From assembly GCA_963664235.1 (NCBI GenBank), contig OY760933.1, forward strand, positions 2,395,419 to 2,459,418: a stretch of 64,000 bases of DNA, given 5' to 3'. Below the pieces are notes generated by a model. That model ran no database searches. It saw only the letters and a list, made by a program, of their open reading frames with translations, and was not told where the DNA came from. The DNA is from Acidimicrobiales bacterium. GTDB taxonomy: Bacteria > Actinomycetota > Acidimicrobiia > Acidimicrobiales > CATQHL01. Of the stretch, positions 8,812 through 16,870 are shown one piece after another. Both the position numbers and the translations under genes were made by a program. How positions within the stretch are numbered: the first letter of the stretch is position 1; every line of letters starts with the position of its first letter.

Positions 8812-9183
8812 TCAGATCTCGCCGAGGGTGCCTTGTCGGAATGCGATGTCGAATTGACTGAGGTAGTCCATTCCGACGATGAGGTCGAACTGGTCCCACT
8901 GCTTGTTCACCACCCCGATCTCTAACCCTTGGGCGCTGAATGGGGGTACTTGGATCGTCAGAGCGGCTAGACCCACATCTTCTTCGCCTTCCCCGAACCC
9001 CGTGACCCGAATTCTGCCTTTGCGCATGCCGACGTTGAGACCGTAGCTGTCAACGATTCGTTTCGGCAGGAACGTCTTGGGGGAACCGGTGTCGATGAGG
9101 CCCCTGAACTCGTGTTCAGGGGAGCCGTCCTGCAGCGCAGAGACGCGTGTGGGCACGATTGGAAACAGCGGGCCTGCCGTCAT
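8812..9183 (-). CDS. retropepsin-like (clan AA) aspartic protease
   Basis: GLIDTGSPKTFLP is the D-T-G active-site motif. About 120 aa, as expected for a single retropepsin lobe. C-terminal LIVGMDYL. Confidence 0.7.
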   Translation of the reverse strand: MTAGPLFPIVPTRVSALQDGSPEHEFRGLIDTGSPKTFLPKRIVDSYGLNVGMRKGRIRVTGFGEGEEDVGLAALTIQVPPFSAQGLEIGVVNKQWDQFDLIVGMDYLSQFDIAFRQGTLGEI

Positions 9184-9225
9184 GCGCCGGGGTTGCTGCC
9201 GTGGCTCGTTGAGGAGCGTTGTCGT

Positions 9226-9486
9226 TTAGAGGGGTGTTGTGCTGATGATGGGGGCGACGTAGTAGGTGCGGGTTCCGATGAGGTGCAGGGAGAAGTTGTC
9301 TTCGCCGAATTGCTCGTACCCGCGTGTGGCCGCTTCGACGGCATCGGGGAAGACGCCTTTGCACTCCCCGTTGTTCATGATGGCGATCTCGCCGGGGTTG
9401 GTTCCGAGTAGGCTTTCCTCGTATTGCTCCTCGAATATTGTCTGGTGGTCCGCCGTTGGGGGGGCTATCGGGTGCGCGCCTAGCAT
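9226..9486 (-). CDS. small hypothetical protein upstream of the retropepsin-like protease
   Basis: Unbiased amino-acid composition in lower-GC DNA. GEIAIMNNGECKGVFPDAVEAATRGYEQFGEDNF resembles small partners of such proteases (from memory only). Confidence 0.4.
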   Translation of the reverse strand: MLGAHPIAPPTADHQTIFEEQYEESLLGTNPGEIAIMNNGECKGVFPDAVEAATRGYEQFGEDNFSLHLIGTRTYYVAPIISTTPL

Positions 9487-9656
9487 GGGGTTCTCCTGTG
9501 TGTGGTGTGTTGCTGGCGCAGCGCGACGCGCGAACGGGTCGGGTCAGCGGCCGGGGCCAGCTACTTGCCGCTAGCCTACGCGCGACCATCCGGTCAAACG
9601 GGGGCATCTACCAGATAGAGGCCATATCCGCTGGTCAGAGGCGGTTTTGGCGGCGT

Positions 9657-9714
9657 GCTGTGGGGTGCGTCTTATGGGACGCTGTGGGGTGTCCGTAACA
9701 GGACGCTGTGGGGT
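9657..9714. repeat. three direct GCTGTGGGGT repeats at exact 24-bp spacing
   Basis: Copies start at 9657, 9681 and 9705. Confidence 0.8.
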
Positions 9715-9804
9715 TCGGGTTGTGGTGGACCTCCGCGGATTTCTGCAGGCAGGTGTGCCTCGGATTTCGCACGGTCAACTTGCTTGACTACGGGCCGGGT
9801 GGCG

Positions 9805-10227
9805 TCAACCAGCGCGTTCTCGCAGGGACTCGCAAGGATCGGAAGTGCCGGCCCTGAGCGGTCCAAAGCCCTTGCCAGTTCGCACCAACCCAACAGGGGC
9901 AACCTCAGTCCACGGCGCTCGGTGGCGGGTCCGGATGTGGGCGAGGTGCGGGCGGGCGGCGAACCAGCGGGCGACGGCGACGGATTTCATGGCCGGGCCG
10001 TTGTTGGTCACGATCACCAGGGGGATGATCTCGCCGGTGGCGGCGTCGGTGCAGTCCTCGACGAGTGGCTGGCCCAGCAGCGCCTCGGCGGCGCCGCCGA
10101 GGGCGGAGATCAGGTCGGTGGCGCCCTGGGTCGTAGACACCGGGCATGCCAGGGCCAGTTTGGTGGCGTAGCCCACCACCCGCAGCTTCTCCTCAGGGCT
10201 CTTCTTCGAAGCCTTCGCCATGCTCAT
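9805..10227 (-). pseudogene. integrase-core (rve) transposase remnant with internal deletion and frameshift
   Basis: EALLGQPLVEDCTDAATGEIIPLVIVTNNGPAMKSVAVARWFAARPHLAHIRTRHRAP, then the frame is lost. Only 140 aa. Confidence 0.5.
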
Positions 10228-10446
10228 CTCCTTGCGTCAGACTCAAACCGCCGACTGAGCAAGAAACGATGACACGAGACACCGACACGCATAGTTGAGG
10301 GTGTCCCCGGCCGGTGGTGGGGACCGAGCTCCGGTCCGCTCGCCTCCCGCCGTCGTACTCGACCCGATCAACGGCCACCACTAGTAGTGCAATGTTGCCC
10401 GCTCCCTCGAGTAGGGATGTGACGTCGAAATTGGCCGCATCCCGAC

Positions 10447-10557
10447 CTGGGCCGACGCACCCAACTGCTCGGCGACGTCCCCGACGGGCCGGCCCGCCAC
10501 GATCAGTTCTTGAACCTTGCGCCGAAACGCCGTCGAACGCCTCCTCGGCACGATGAC
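10447..10557 (-). pseudogene. IS3-family orfA fragment
   Basis: VIVPRRRSTAFRRKVQELIVAGRPVGDVAEQLGAS parallels VPRRYPTAFRRKVLDLIEAGRPVAEVADQLGVS of orfA 14474..14818. Confidence 0.55.
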
Positions 10558-10702
10558 GCCCCCATGGTCGACGTCCCGAGAGTCAAGCAGCCCGACCGCG
10601 AAAAACCCGGGGCAGACTACCAACCGCGCCATCGCGGACCCACTCCCCGCTCAAATCCGAAGAGCCGCTATGCGTAGAGCGTTCGAGATCATCAACAACG
10701 GA

Positions 10703-10810
10703 ATGTCGCTGGCGGGATTCTCTCGTCGCTACGCGGATGATGCCGTCGCGGAGGCGCAGTTTGAGGCGTGGCGCTGGCCCAACGGCGTGCGCTGCGCGCA
10801 CTGCGGCGGT
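10703..10810 (+). pseudogene. IS1595-type transposase zinc-ribbon fragment
   Basis: FSRRYADDAVAEAQFEAWRWPNGVRCAHCGG. The RWP.G..C..CG pattern is typical of the N-terminus. Confidence 0.45.
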
Positions 10811-10885
10811 GGGGTCATCGGGGCGGTACTCCTTCGCGATCGCCCAGCGCAGCACCTTGGAGATTCGTCCTTTGAGGCGCTGCAC
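10796..10885 (-). pseudogene. tyrosine integrase fragment
   Basis: ISKVLRWAIAKEYRPDDPTAAV parallels ISVIMRWAIAQGHRTDDPASGA of integrase 14958..16121. Confidence 0.4.
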
Positions 10886-10933
10886 CGTTTCGGCGTTCGT
10901 CGCCCACTCCCTCCTCGGGCGTCCGCCGCGGCT

Positions 10934-11476
10934 CTAGCGAAAGACGCGCGTGTACTGGGTGCAGGTGTCTTGTAGTGATGGCGGGAACGGCGGTCGCAGC
11001 GTCTGTTGGTTGCACATCTCCGTGAGGGTCTGGATGTGGGGAACGCAGTCTCGGGGACGGTTCAGGCGCGGGTAATCGCCCTTGGTCTCCTCAACGACCT
11101 CGCCGTCGAGGTAGGCCAACCAAGTCTCGATATTCCACGTCGGCACGCAGAGGAGAACCTGATCGGCGTCGTTGAGTGGGGCGACCTGCTGCTCGGCGCA
11201 GGCGGTGTCGAGCGAGACGCGGCGTCCGGCAACGCCCTTGGCGTCGCCGTCGATCATCGCGATCAGATAGGCTCGCTCGCCGCTCTTCGACCGGACGGCC
11301 CGTAATTCGTTTGGGAATGTCTCTCGCACGTATTGCTCGGCGGAGCCTTTGCCCGGCGGTGGCCGGAGAATGCGAAAGTGGCGCAGGCTCCAGCCCAGTT
11401 CGACGAGAAGTTTCTTGGCGAAAGTCTCGTGCTGTGTGTCTTCGCAGAGAAGGACGATCCGGACGTTACGGCTCAC
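10934..11476 (-). CDS. mini-Toprim-like protein (DUF4276/DUF4435-like), partner of the ABC ATPase
   Basis: VRIVLLCEDTQHETFAKKLL (Toprim Glu after strand 1). YLIAMIDGDAKG (DxD). VPTWNIETWL. The GTG start overlaps the ATPase stop (GTGA). Confidence 0.5.
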   Translation of the reverse strand: MSRNVRIVLLCEDTQHETFAKKLLVELGWSLRHFRILRPPPGKGSAEQYVRETFPNELRAVRSKSGERAYLIAMIDGDAKGVAGRRVSLDTACAEQQVAPLNDADQVLLCVPTWNIETWLAYLDGEVVEETKGDYPRLNRPRDCVPHIQTLTEMCNQQTLRPPFPPSLQDTCTQYTRVFR

Positions 11477-12606
11477 GGGTACCAGCCGCGCGCCATGCGC
11501 TCCGAGAGTTTGAGGCCGTCGTCGGCCGCGAGCGCCTCAAGAGGCCGTGCGCTGACGGCGGTAGAGGACTCGCGGACGAACAGAACGCCCCGGTGCGCGC
11601 CGAGGTAGTCGATCAGTTCGGGATGGTGCGAGCAGACGACCGCCTGCGACGGTGTGCTGTCACAGAGATCGACAAGTTCGAGCAGCCACGGCTGGATCTC
11701 GGTCAGTGCTAAGAAGTTGTCGGGCTCGTCGAGGAACAGGGTCACGCCGGGGGCGTGTTGGCGGAAGTGGAGTAGCGCGTAGAGCACCACCAGCGCCCTC
11801 TGGCCGTCGGATAGCTCGTCGAAGCGCAGCTTGTAGCTCGACGCGGCGTGAGCGCGGTTGCCGGCGAAGTCGAGCAGAAGCGCTCGGCTGTCTAAGCCGG
11901 ATTGCTGAAGATGAATGTTGCTAAAGCCGTCGACGGCCTCTCGGAGAGCCTCGACGTGAGTCACGGACGATGCGGGGTTCTCCTGTACGGCATGGCGATA
12001 CCAGTCGACGAAGTTCTCGGCGTGGCGGCCGAGTAGCTGGTCTTCGCTGGTGGACTCGGCGCGCAGTAGTGCGGGACGGATGTTGCACACCACGGTCGCT
12101 CGCATGGCGGCCTTGAAGGCCGTCAGCCGAGTGTTGATCGGCTGGGCGACAACGCGTGCGAGAGCCGATTCGGTCCAGTCTGTCTTGAACGTCGGACCAG
12201 CCGATCCGTCGTCTCGGTAGAGCTGCACGTCGCCCATCTCGCACTTAAACAAAATCGTCGGACCGGCGCCGAGGCTCTCCCAGGCAATGCGAGAATGCTT
12301 TCCATCGTCGGCGTGCTCAACCTCCAGGCGGTATCGGAACGATTCGTCACCCACTTCGACATCGACCTCGAACACCTGCTTGGGGTCTGTCTGCCAGCGC
12401 GTCAGTGTCGACGGATGAAACGCGACCTGATCAGTAACTTTTGCCTCAGCCGAGAGCAGCTTGCGAAGCCCATAGACGACATCGAGTATCGCCGTCTTGC
12501 CGGTTCCGTTCGCTCCGAGCAGCAGAACCATGTTCTCCAACTCGAACTCGAAGTTCTGGAGACACTTGTAGTTGTGCACGTAGATCCGTCTCAGCACGGA
12601 GACCAT
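11473..12606 (-). CDS. ABC-type (AAA_21/AAA_15-like) ATPase
   Basis: ATG at 12606. IYVHNYKCL..LLLGANGTGKT (Walker A), LSDGQR (signature), TLFLDEPD (Walker B), VCSHHP (H-loop). The 130-aa P/R/A-rich upstream extension of the ORF was rejected. Confidence 0.8.
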   Translation of the reverse strand: MVSVLRRIYVHNYKCLQNFEFELENMVLLLGANGTGKTAILDVVYGLRKLLSAEAKVTDQVAFHPSTLTRWQTDPKQVFEVDVEVGDESFRYRLEVEHADDGKHSRIAWESLGAGPTILFKCEMGDVQLYRDDGSAGPTFKTDWTESALARVVAQPINTRLTAFKAAMRATVVCNIRPALLRAESTSEDQLLGRHAENFVDWYRHAVQENPASSVTHVEALREAVDGFSNIHLQQSGLDSRALLLDFAGNRAHAASSYKLRFDELSDGQRALVVLYALLHFRQHAPGVTLFLDEPDNFLALTEIQPWLLELVDLCDSTPSQAVVCSHHPELIDYLGAHRGVLFVRESSTAVSARPLEALAADDGLKLSERMARGWYP

Positions 12607-13002
12607 CGTACTGCCACTGCTAGGAAGCACGGTTGAAGCTGGACGATGGCGATCGGCTCGGCCAGCCCGTCTGGCTGACGCTGGCGGTGATGGCGCTGTT
12701 CGCCTAGATGATGCGATCGCGGGCGTAGCTGGACGAGGCGAAGGGCACGGGTTGCGACACGTTGTGGCTGAGTCCCGGCAGCGGGGGAGCGCACTGCGGG
12801 GGAGGGGGAGGCTGCGGGCAGGAGAGGTTGCTTGGCAGTGCCTCCAGCCGCCGGTCCGAGGGCAGCGGGTTGCGTCGGGCTCCTGCCAAACGAGCACGTA
12901 GAACGCTGTGTCGGGCGCGACCGGCCACATACGGGTCCGGTCACCGGCCGGCGCGACGGTGACTATCTGCTCGGTGCGCGTCCCGGCGCGCAACAGCACC
13001 TG

Positions 13003-13593
13003 TGAGGGGGACCCGTTTGTGAGTCCAGGTGTTATGGGAGTTCGGGTTGGTGTTGGTGCGCCTTCTAGTGCGCAGCGTAGGCGGCGGGGGTGAGCCCGCC
13101 GAGGGATCGGTGGGGCCGGTAGGTGTTGTGTTCGTGGCGCCAGTCCTCGAGGACGGCGCGGGCTTCGGTGATGTTGGCGAAGTCCTCAACGTTGAGGCAC
13201 TCGTCTCGGAGGCGGCCGTTGAAGGACTCGATGAAGGGTGTTTCCCACGGCGAGCCGTGTTCGATGTAGGCGGTTTGGGTGCGCCAGATGCGGCACCAGT
13301 CCCGCAGCGCCTCGGCGGTGAGTTCGGGGCCGTTGTCCATGCGCAGATGCGCCGGCGCTCCCCTCCCGGCGACGAGGCGCTCGATGGTGGCGACGACGCC
13401 GTCGGCGTCGATGCTGTGGGAGGCGTCGATGGCGAGGGCCTCCCGGGTGAACTCGTCGACGACGTTGAGCAGTTTGATGCGGCCAGATCGGCGGTCTCGT
13501 CGAACTGGAAGTCCAGTGCCGACACATCGTTGGGACGCTGGGCGCGCAGGCGCGCCGCAGACCCGTCAGTGAACCGTCCTGGTCTGCCCGGAG
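13003..13593 (-). pseudogene. IS3-family orfB remnant, frameshifted and interrupted by a second IS3 element
   Basis: RPNDVSALDFQFDETAD, then a frame break, then IKLLNVVDEFTREALAIDASHSIDADGVVATIERLVAGRGAPAHLRMDNGPELTAEALRDWC..YRPHRSLGGLTPAAYA. The terminal ..CCCCTCA end lies near 13003. Confidence 0.7.
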
Positions 13594-13617
13594 TGGTGTG
13601 CCACGGGTGTTGCGTAG

Positions 13618-14459
13618 TCAGCTTGCTTGATTTCGGGCAACGGTGGTGGTGTGGCGGATCTCGTATTCGACGGGCGTGAGCATGCCGAGTGAGGAGTGCC
13701 GCTGTTGCCGGTTGTGGAAGATCTCAAGGTAGTCGAAGATCGCATTGGAGAGTTCCAGACGGGTTCTCCAGCGCCGGCGGTTCAGGAGTTCGACTTGCAT
13801 GCGCGCCCAGAACGACTCGATCACGGCATTATCGAGGCAGTCCCCGATCGAGCCCAGCGACACGCTGAGCCCGCAGTCCAGGGCGCGTTGGGTGAATGCC
13901 CAGGAGGTGAACTGACCGGATTCAATCGGTGGTCGGAGTGAATGATTGACCCGGAGGGTTGGCGGTTCTCGATGGCCATGGCGAGTGCATTGGTGGCGAG
14001 GGTGGCGTGTGGCCGCGAGCCGATGGCCCAACCCATGACGCGGCGACTGAAGACATCCAGCACGACCGCGCAGTACACCTTGCCTTCCCGGGTGGAGTGC
14101 TCGGCAATATCGGTGACCCACAGCTGATCGGGCTCGTCACGGGCGAACTGGCGGTCGACCAGGTCACTGGCGGTGGGCTGGTTGGGGACCTTGCGCCAGC
14201 GGGACCGGCCCGGCAGCCCCGCCAGACCGTTGCGGCGCATCACCAGCTCAACGGTGCAACGCGCGACGATGATGCCGCGTCCCTGGGTCAACTCGGCGTG
14301 GACGCGCCGGGCGCCGTCGGTGCCTCGGGAGGCGTGATGGATCTCACCAGTGACCTCCAGCAGCATCGCGTGGCGCACCGAGCGCGCTGACGGCGGCCGC
14401 CGGCGCCAGGCGTAGTAGCCCGACACCGAGATGCCCAACACGCCGCAGCAAACCTCCAC
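13618..14459 (-). pseudogene. IS3-family transposase OrfB with an extra frameshift
   Basis: The -1 frame relative to orfA reads RFEVVAAVVADDHPVEVCCGVLGISVSGYYAWRR..LWVTDIAEH..IIHSDH. The frame then breaks near 13930 and resumes as GQFTSWAFT..DNAVIESFW..RRHSSLGMLTPVEYE. Confidence 0.7.
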
Positions 14460-14473
14460 CGGATGGTCGTCAG

Positions 14474-14818
14474 CTACGACGGCGGCGACGACCTCGAAAC
14501 GTCTATTGGGTCGGTTTGGTCCTTCAGCAGCTCATTGGCCCGCTTGGTGACCGCCAATTCACACTTGAGTTCGCGGATCCGCTGACGAGCCGCAGCCAAC
14601 TCCGCGGACTCCGCTGTCGTCACGCCGGGCCGCAGCCCGCGATCCACCTGATCCTGCTTGCGCCAGTTGTAGATCGTCTGGGTCGACACGCCGAGTTGGT
14701 CAGCGACCTCCGCGACGGGCCGACCCGCCTCGATCAGATCCAGAACCTTGCGCCGAAACGCAGTTGGATACCTCCTCGGCACGATGACCTCCCTTCGGTC
14801 GACGTGCCCGAAAGTCAA
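14474..14818 (-). CDS. IS3-family transposase OrfA
   Basis: VPRRYPTAFRRKVLDLIEAGRPVAEVADQLGVSTQTIYNWRKQ, followed by a coiled-coil. The likely true start is the GTG at 14782, after GGAGG. Confidence 0.8.
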   Translation of the reverse strand: MTFGHVDRREVIVPRRYPTAFRRKVLDLIEAGRPVAEVADQLGVSTQTIYNWRKQDQVDRGLRPGVTTAESAELAAARQRIRELKCELAVTKRANELLKDQTDPIDVSRSSPPS

Positions 14819-14957
14819 CTATCCCGACCGCGCGATACCCGTGGCACACCATTGTCTGCCCCGTGTTTCTTGCGGTCGGCTTGCTTGATCTCGGGCGGCG
14901 GTCGTGTCATTGACGTGCTGAGCAAATTGCTTGGTGCTGGCTGCAGCACTCAGCTAG

Positions 14958-16121
14958 TTACGCCACGGCAGTTCCGATGTAGGTGGCCCATTGGTCCATG
15001 ACGGGTCGGCGGCGGTCGAGGAGGTCGCTGCGCTGGTAGGCGCCTTCGACGCCGGCGACGACGTGTCCGAGTGCGGCTTCGGCGACCTCGCGGGGGACGC
15101 CGGTGTCGGCGCACCAGCTACGGAAGCTGGCCCGGAATCCGTGCGGTACCGCCGGGATGCCGAGATCCATGAGCAGCTTGCGCATGGTGTTGTTGGAGAG
15201 TTGCCGGCCCGTCGTGCTCGGGAAGATCAACCCGGACCGGTCGGCGAGGCTCCGGGCTGCTTCGAGGATCTCCAGGGCGCGGCCGCTGAGGGCCACGCGA
15301 AGCTCGCCACCGGTCTTCGTGCGGGCTCCGGGAACCGTCCACGTGGCCGCGTCGGCGTCGACTTCATCCCAGATGGCGCCGCGGAGCTCGCCGCTGCGAC
15401 ATGCGGTGAGGACGAGGAACTCGAAGGCGAGCTTGGTTACCGGCGACGCTTGCGACGCACGGACACCAGCGACGGCGGCGGCCACCTCGCTGTGCGGCAG
15501 GGAGGGTTGGCGATTCTGGCGGGTGTCTTGGCGTGGGAGGGCGGCGGCGATGGCGCCGCTGGCCGGGTCGTCGGTGCGGTGTCCTTGGGCGATGGCCCAG
15601 CGCATGATGACCGAGATGCGCTGGCGCACCCGTTTGGCGGTCTCGGCCCGTTCTGTCCAGATCGGCGCCACGATGCTCATGACGTCCGCGGTGGTGATCT
15701 CGTCGACCGGCTTGTGGCCGATCTTGGGGTAGGCGTAGGTGTCCAGCGACGATCGCCAGATCTCCGCGGAGCGGCCGCTGTTCTTCCAGGAGGCGGCGTG
15801 GATCAGAATGACCTTCTCCGCGGCGTCCGCGAACGTCGGCACCCCGCTGACGCGGGGGTGGCGGCCCTCTTCGACGGCGCGGCGGTTCTCAAGCGCTTTG
15901 CGCCGCGCCATCTTGAGGCTCACGATCGGGTAGGAGCCGAGGCCGAGGTTGGTGACGCGCCCGTTGATGCGGATGCGCTGGCTCCAGGTCTTCGACAGGC
16001 GCCCGTTCGCCATCGGCTTGACGAGCAGTGACAGGCCGAATCCGCCGCGGCCGTCGCCGTAGCGGCCGGGGCGCGAAACGCTCTCCACGAAGCGCGCCGA
16101 CAGCTGCGCGGGACGCTCCAA
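14958..16121 (-). CDS. int: P4-type tyrosine recombinase/integrase
   Basis: N-terminal RYGDGRGGFGLSLLVKP..GSYPIVSLKMAR (DUF4102-like). Catalytic ACRSGELRG, HGFRASFRSW and GAYQRSD. Lies directly 3' of ssrA. Confidence 0.9.
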   Translation of the reverse strand: MERPAQLSARFVESVSRPGRYGDGRGGFGLSLLVKPMANGRLSKTWSQRIRINGRVTNLGLGSYPIVSLKMARRKALENRRAVEEGRHPRVSGVPTFADAAEKVILIHAASWKNSGRSAEIWRSSLDTYAYPKIGHKPVDEITTADVMSIVAPIWTERAETAKRVRQRISVIMRWAIAQGHRTDDPASGAIAAALPRQDTRQNRQPSLPHSEVAAAVAGVRASQASPVTKLAFEFLVLTACRSGELRGAIWDEVDADAATWTVPGARTKTGGELRVALSGRALEILEAARSLADRSGLIFPSTTGRQLSNNTMRKLLMDLGIPAVPHGFRASFRSWCADTGVPREVAEAALGHVVAGVEGAYQRSDLLDRRRPVMDQWATYIGTAVA

Positions 16122-16289
16122 GGTTCGATTCCCTCCCCGCTATCACCGATCAGATATTGCTTAGATTATCACACTTTGCATGCGTACCGATGATACGAGT
16201 TGAAGCCTCGTGGAGCAAGGATTAGGCCGCTGACCTGGGATTTGTGGGCTTCATGGCGCATCATGGGGTCTCATGAAGCCTCAAAGTTG

Positions 16290-16674
16290 TGGAGCTGGGG
16301 GGAATCGAACCCCCGTCCGGCGAGCGGTTGCCGGCTCCGGTACGACCATTCCCGATCGCAGCATTACGGATTGCGTGCCGTCGGGTCGGCTGCCCTTGCG
16401 GGCTCCGCCGGATCTTTCTCCGGTGTCAGCGGTCTTTCTCGCCGTCAGCGGTCTTTCCCAGCTGTCCTCCTCTGCTTCTGTTGCCAGGCTGCAGCGGACA
16501 GGCCCCGCGTGCCCCCGTGGGGGTCGCAGTTACCTCACAGACCGATCAGGTGATCAGGCTGCGAGGAGCACGGGTTCATCATTGCCGTGTCTTGTGGTGC
16601 CCCGTTTTTGGAGTCTGAGCAACTCCGGTCGCGTAGCACGGTTCCCGGTCTCGACGTCGAAACCGATCAGCCCC
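16290..16674 (-). ncRNA. ssrA: tmRNA
   Basis: 5' GGGGCTGATCGGTTTCGAC.. and 3' ..GGGGGTTCGATTCCCCCCAGCTCCA. The acceptor stem has a G3:U wobble. CCA is not encoded. Internal reading frame GGC AAT GAT GAA CCC GTG CTC CTC GCA GCC TGA (GNDEPVLLAA*). Confidence 0.85.
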
Positions 16675-16790
16675 TTGTCAATGTGCGGTACGCCACTGTA
16701 CCGACCTCGTGCGACATCGGTCGGCGCTGATCCGTCCTCTCCGGGGTCCCAACGTGGGAGCGTCCGGATCTGCTGCCGTCCTCGGCAGGC

Positions 16791-16870
16791 TGTCGCTGTA
16801 CGGGCACATTGTCCTGTTGTCGTTGTACGACGATATTGTGCTGTTGTCGCTGTACCAGTACATTATTGTC
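16791..16870 (+). promoter_or_regulatory. three 27-bp direct repeats immediately upstream of hipB (operator candidates)
   Basis: TGTCGCTGTACGGGCACATTGTCCTGT / TGTCGTTGTACGACGATATTGTGCTGT / TGTCGCTGTACCAGTACATTATTGTC, starting at 16791, 16818 and 16845. Confidence 0.5.

Larger units (their letters stand above)
13594..14851 (-). mobile_element. IS3-family insertion sequence with terminal inverted repeats
   Basis: TGGTGTGCCACGGGTGT at 13594-13610 matches the reverse complement of 14835-14851 (TGGTGTGCCACGGGTAT). Carries orfA and orfB. Confidence 0.75.

Noticed and set aside
12607-12999. 130-aa upstream extension of the ABC ATPase ORF 11473..12999
   Set aside because: The extension has P/R/A/S-rich composition. 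The ATG at 12606 places the Walker A motif at the usual distance of about 30 residues after an initial beta-strand (IYVHNYKCL).
1-16289. A second direct copy of the ssrA 3' end (attR) inside the island
   Set aside because: None was found by eye at the sub-island junctions inspected (near 1017-1190, 2400-2612, 4407-4490, 7420-7580, 9487-9805, 10886-10934 and 12607-13003). An exhaustive string search is needed before concluding it is absent.
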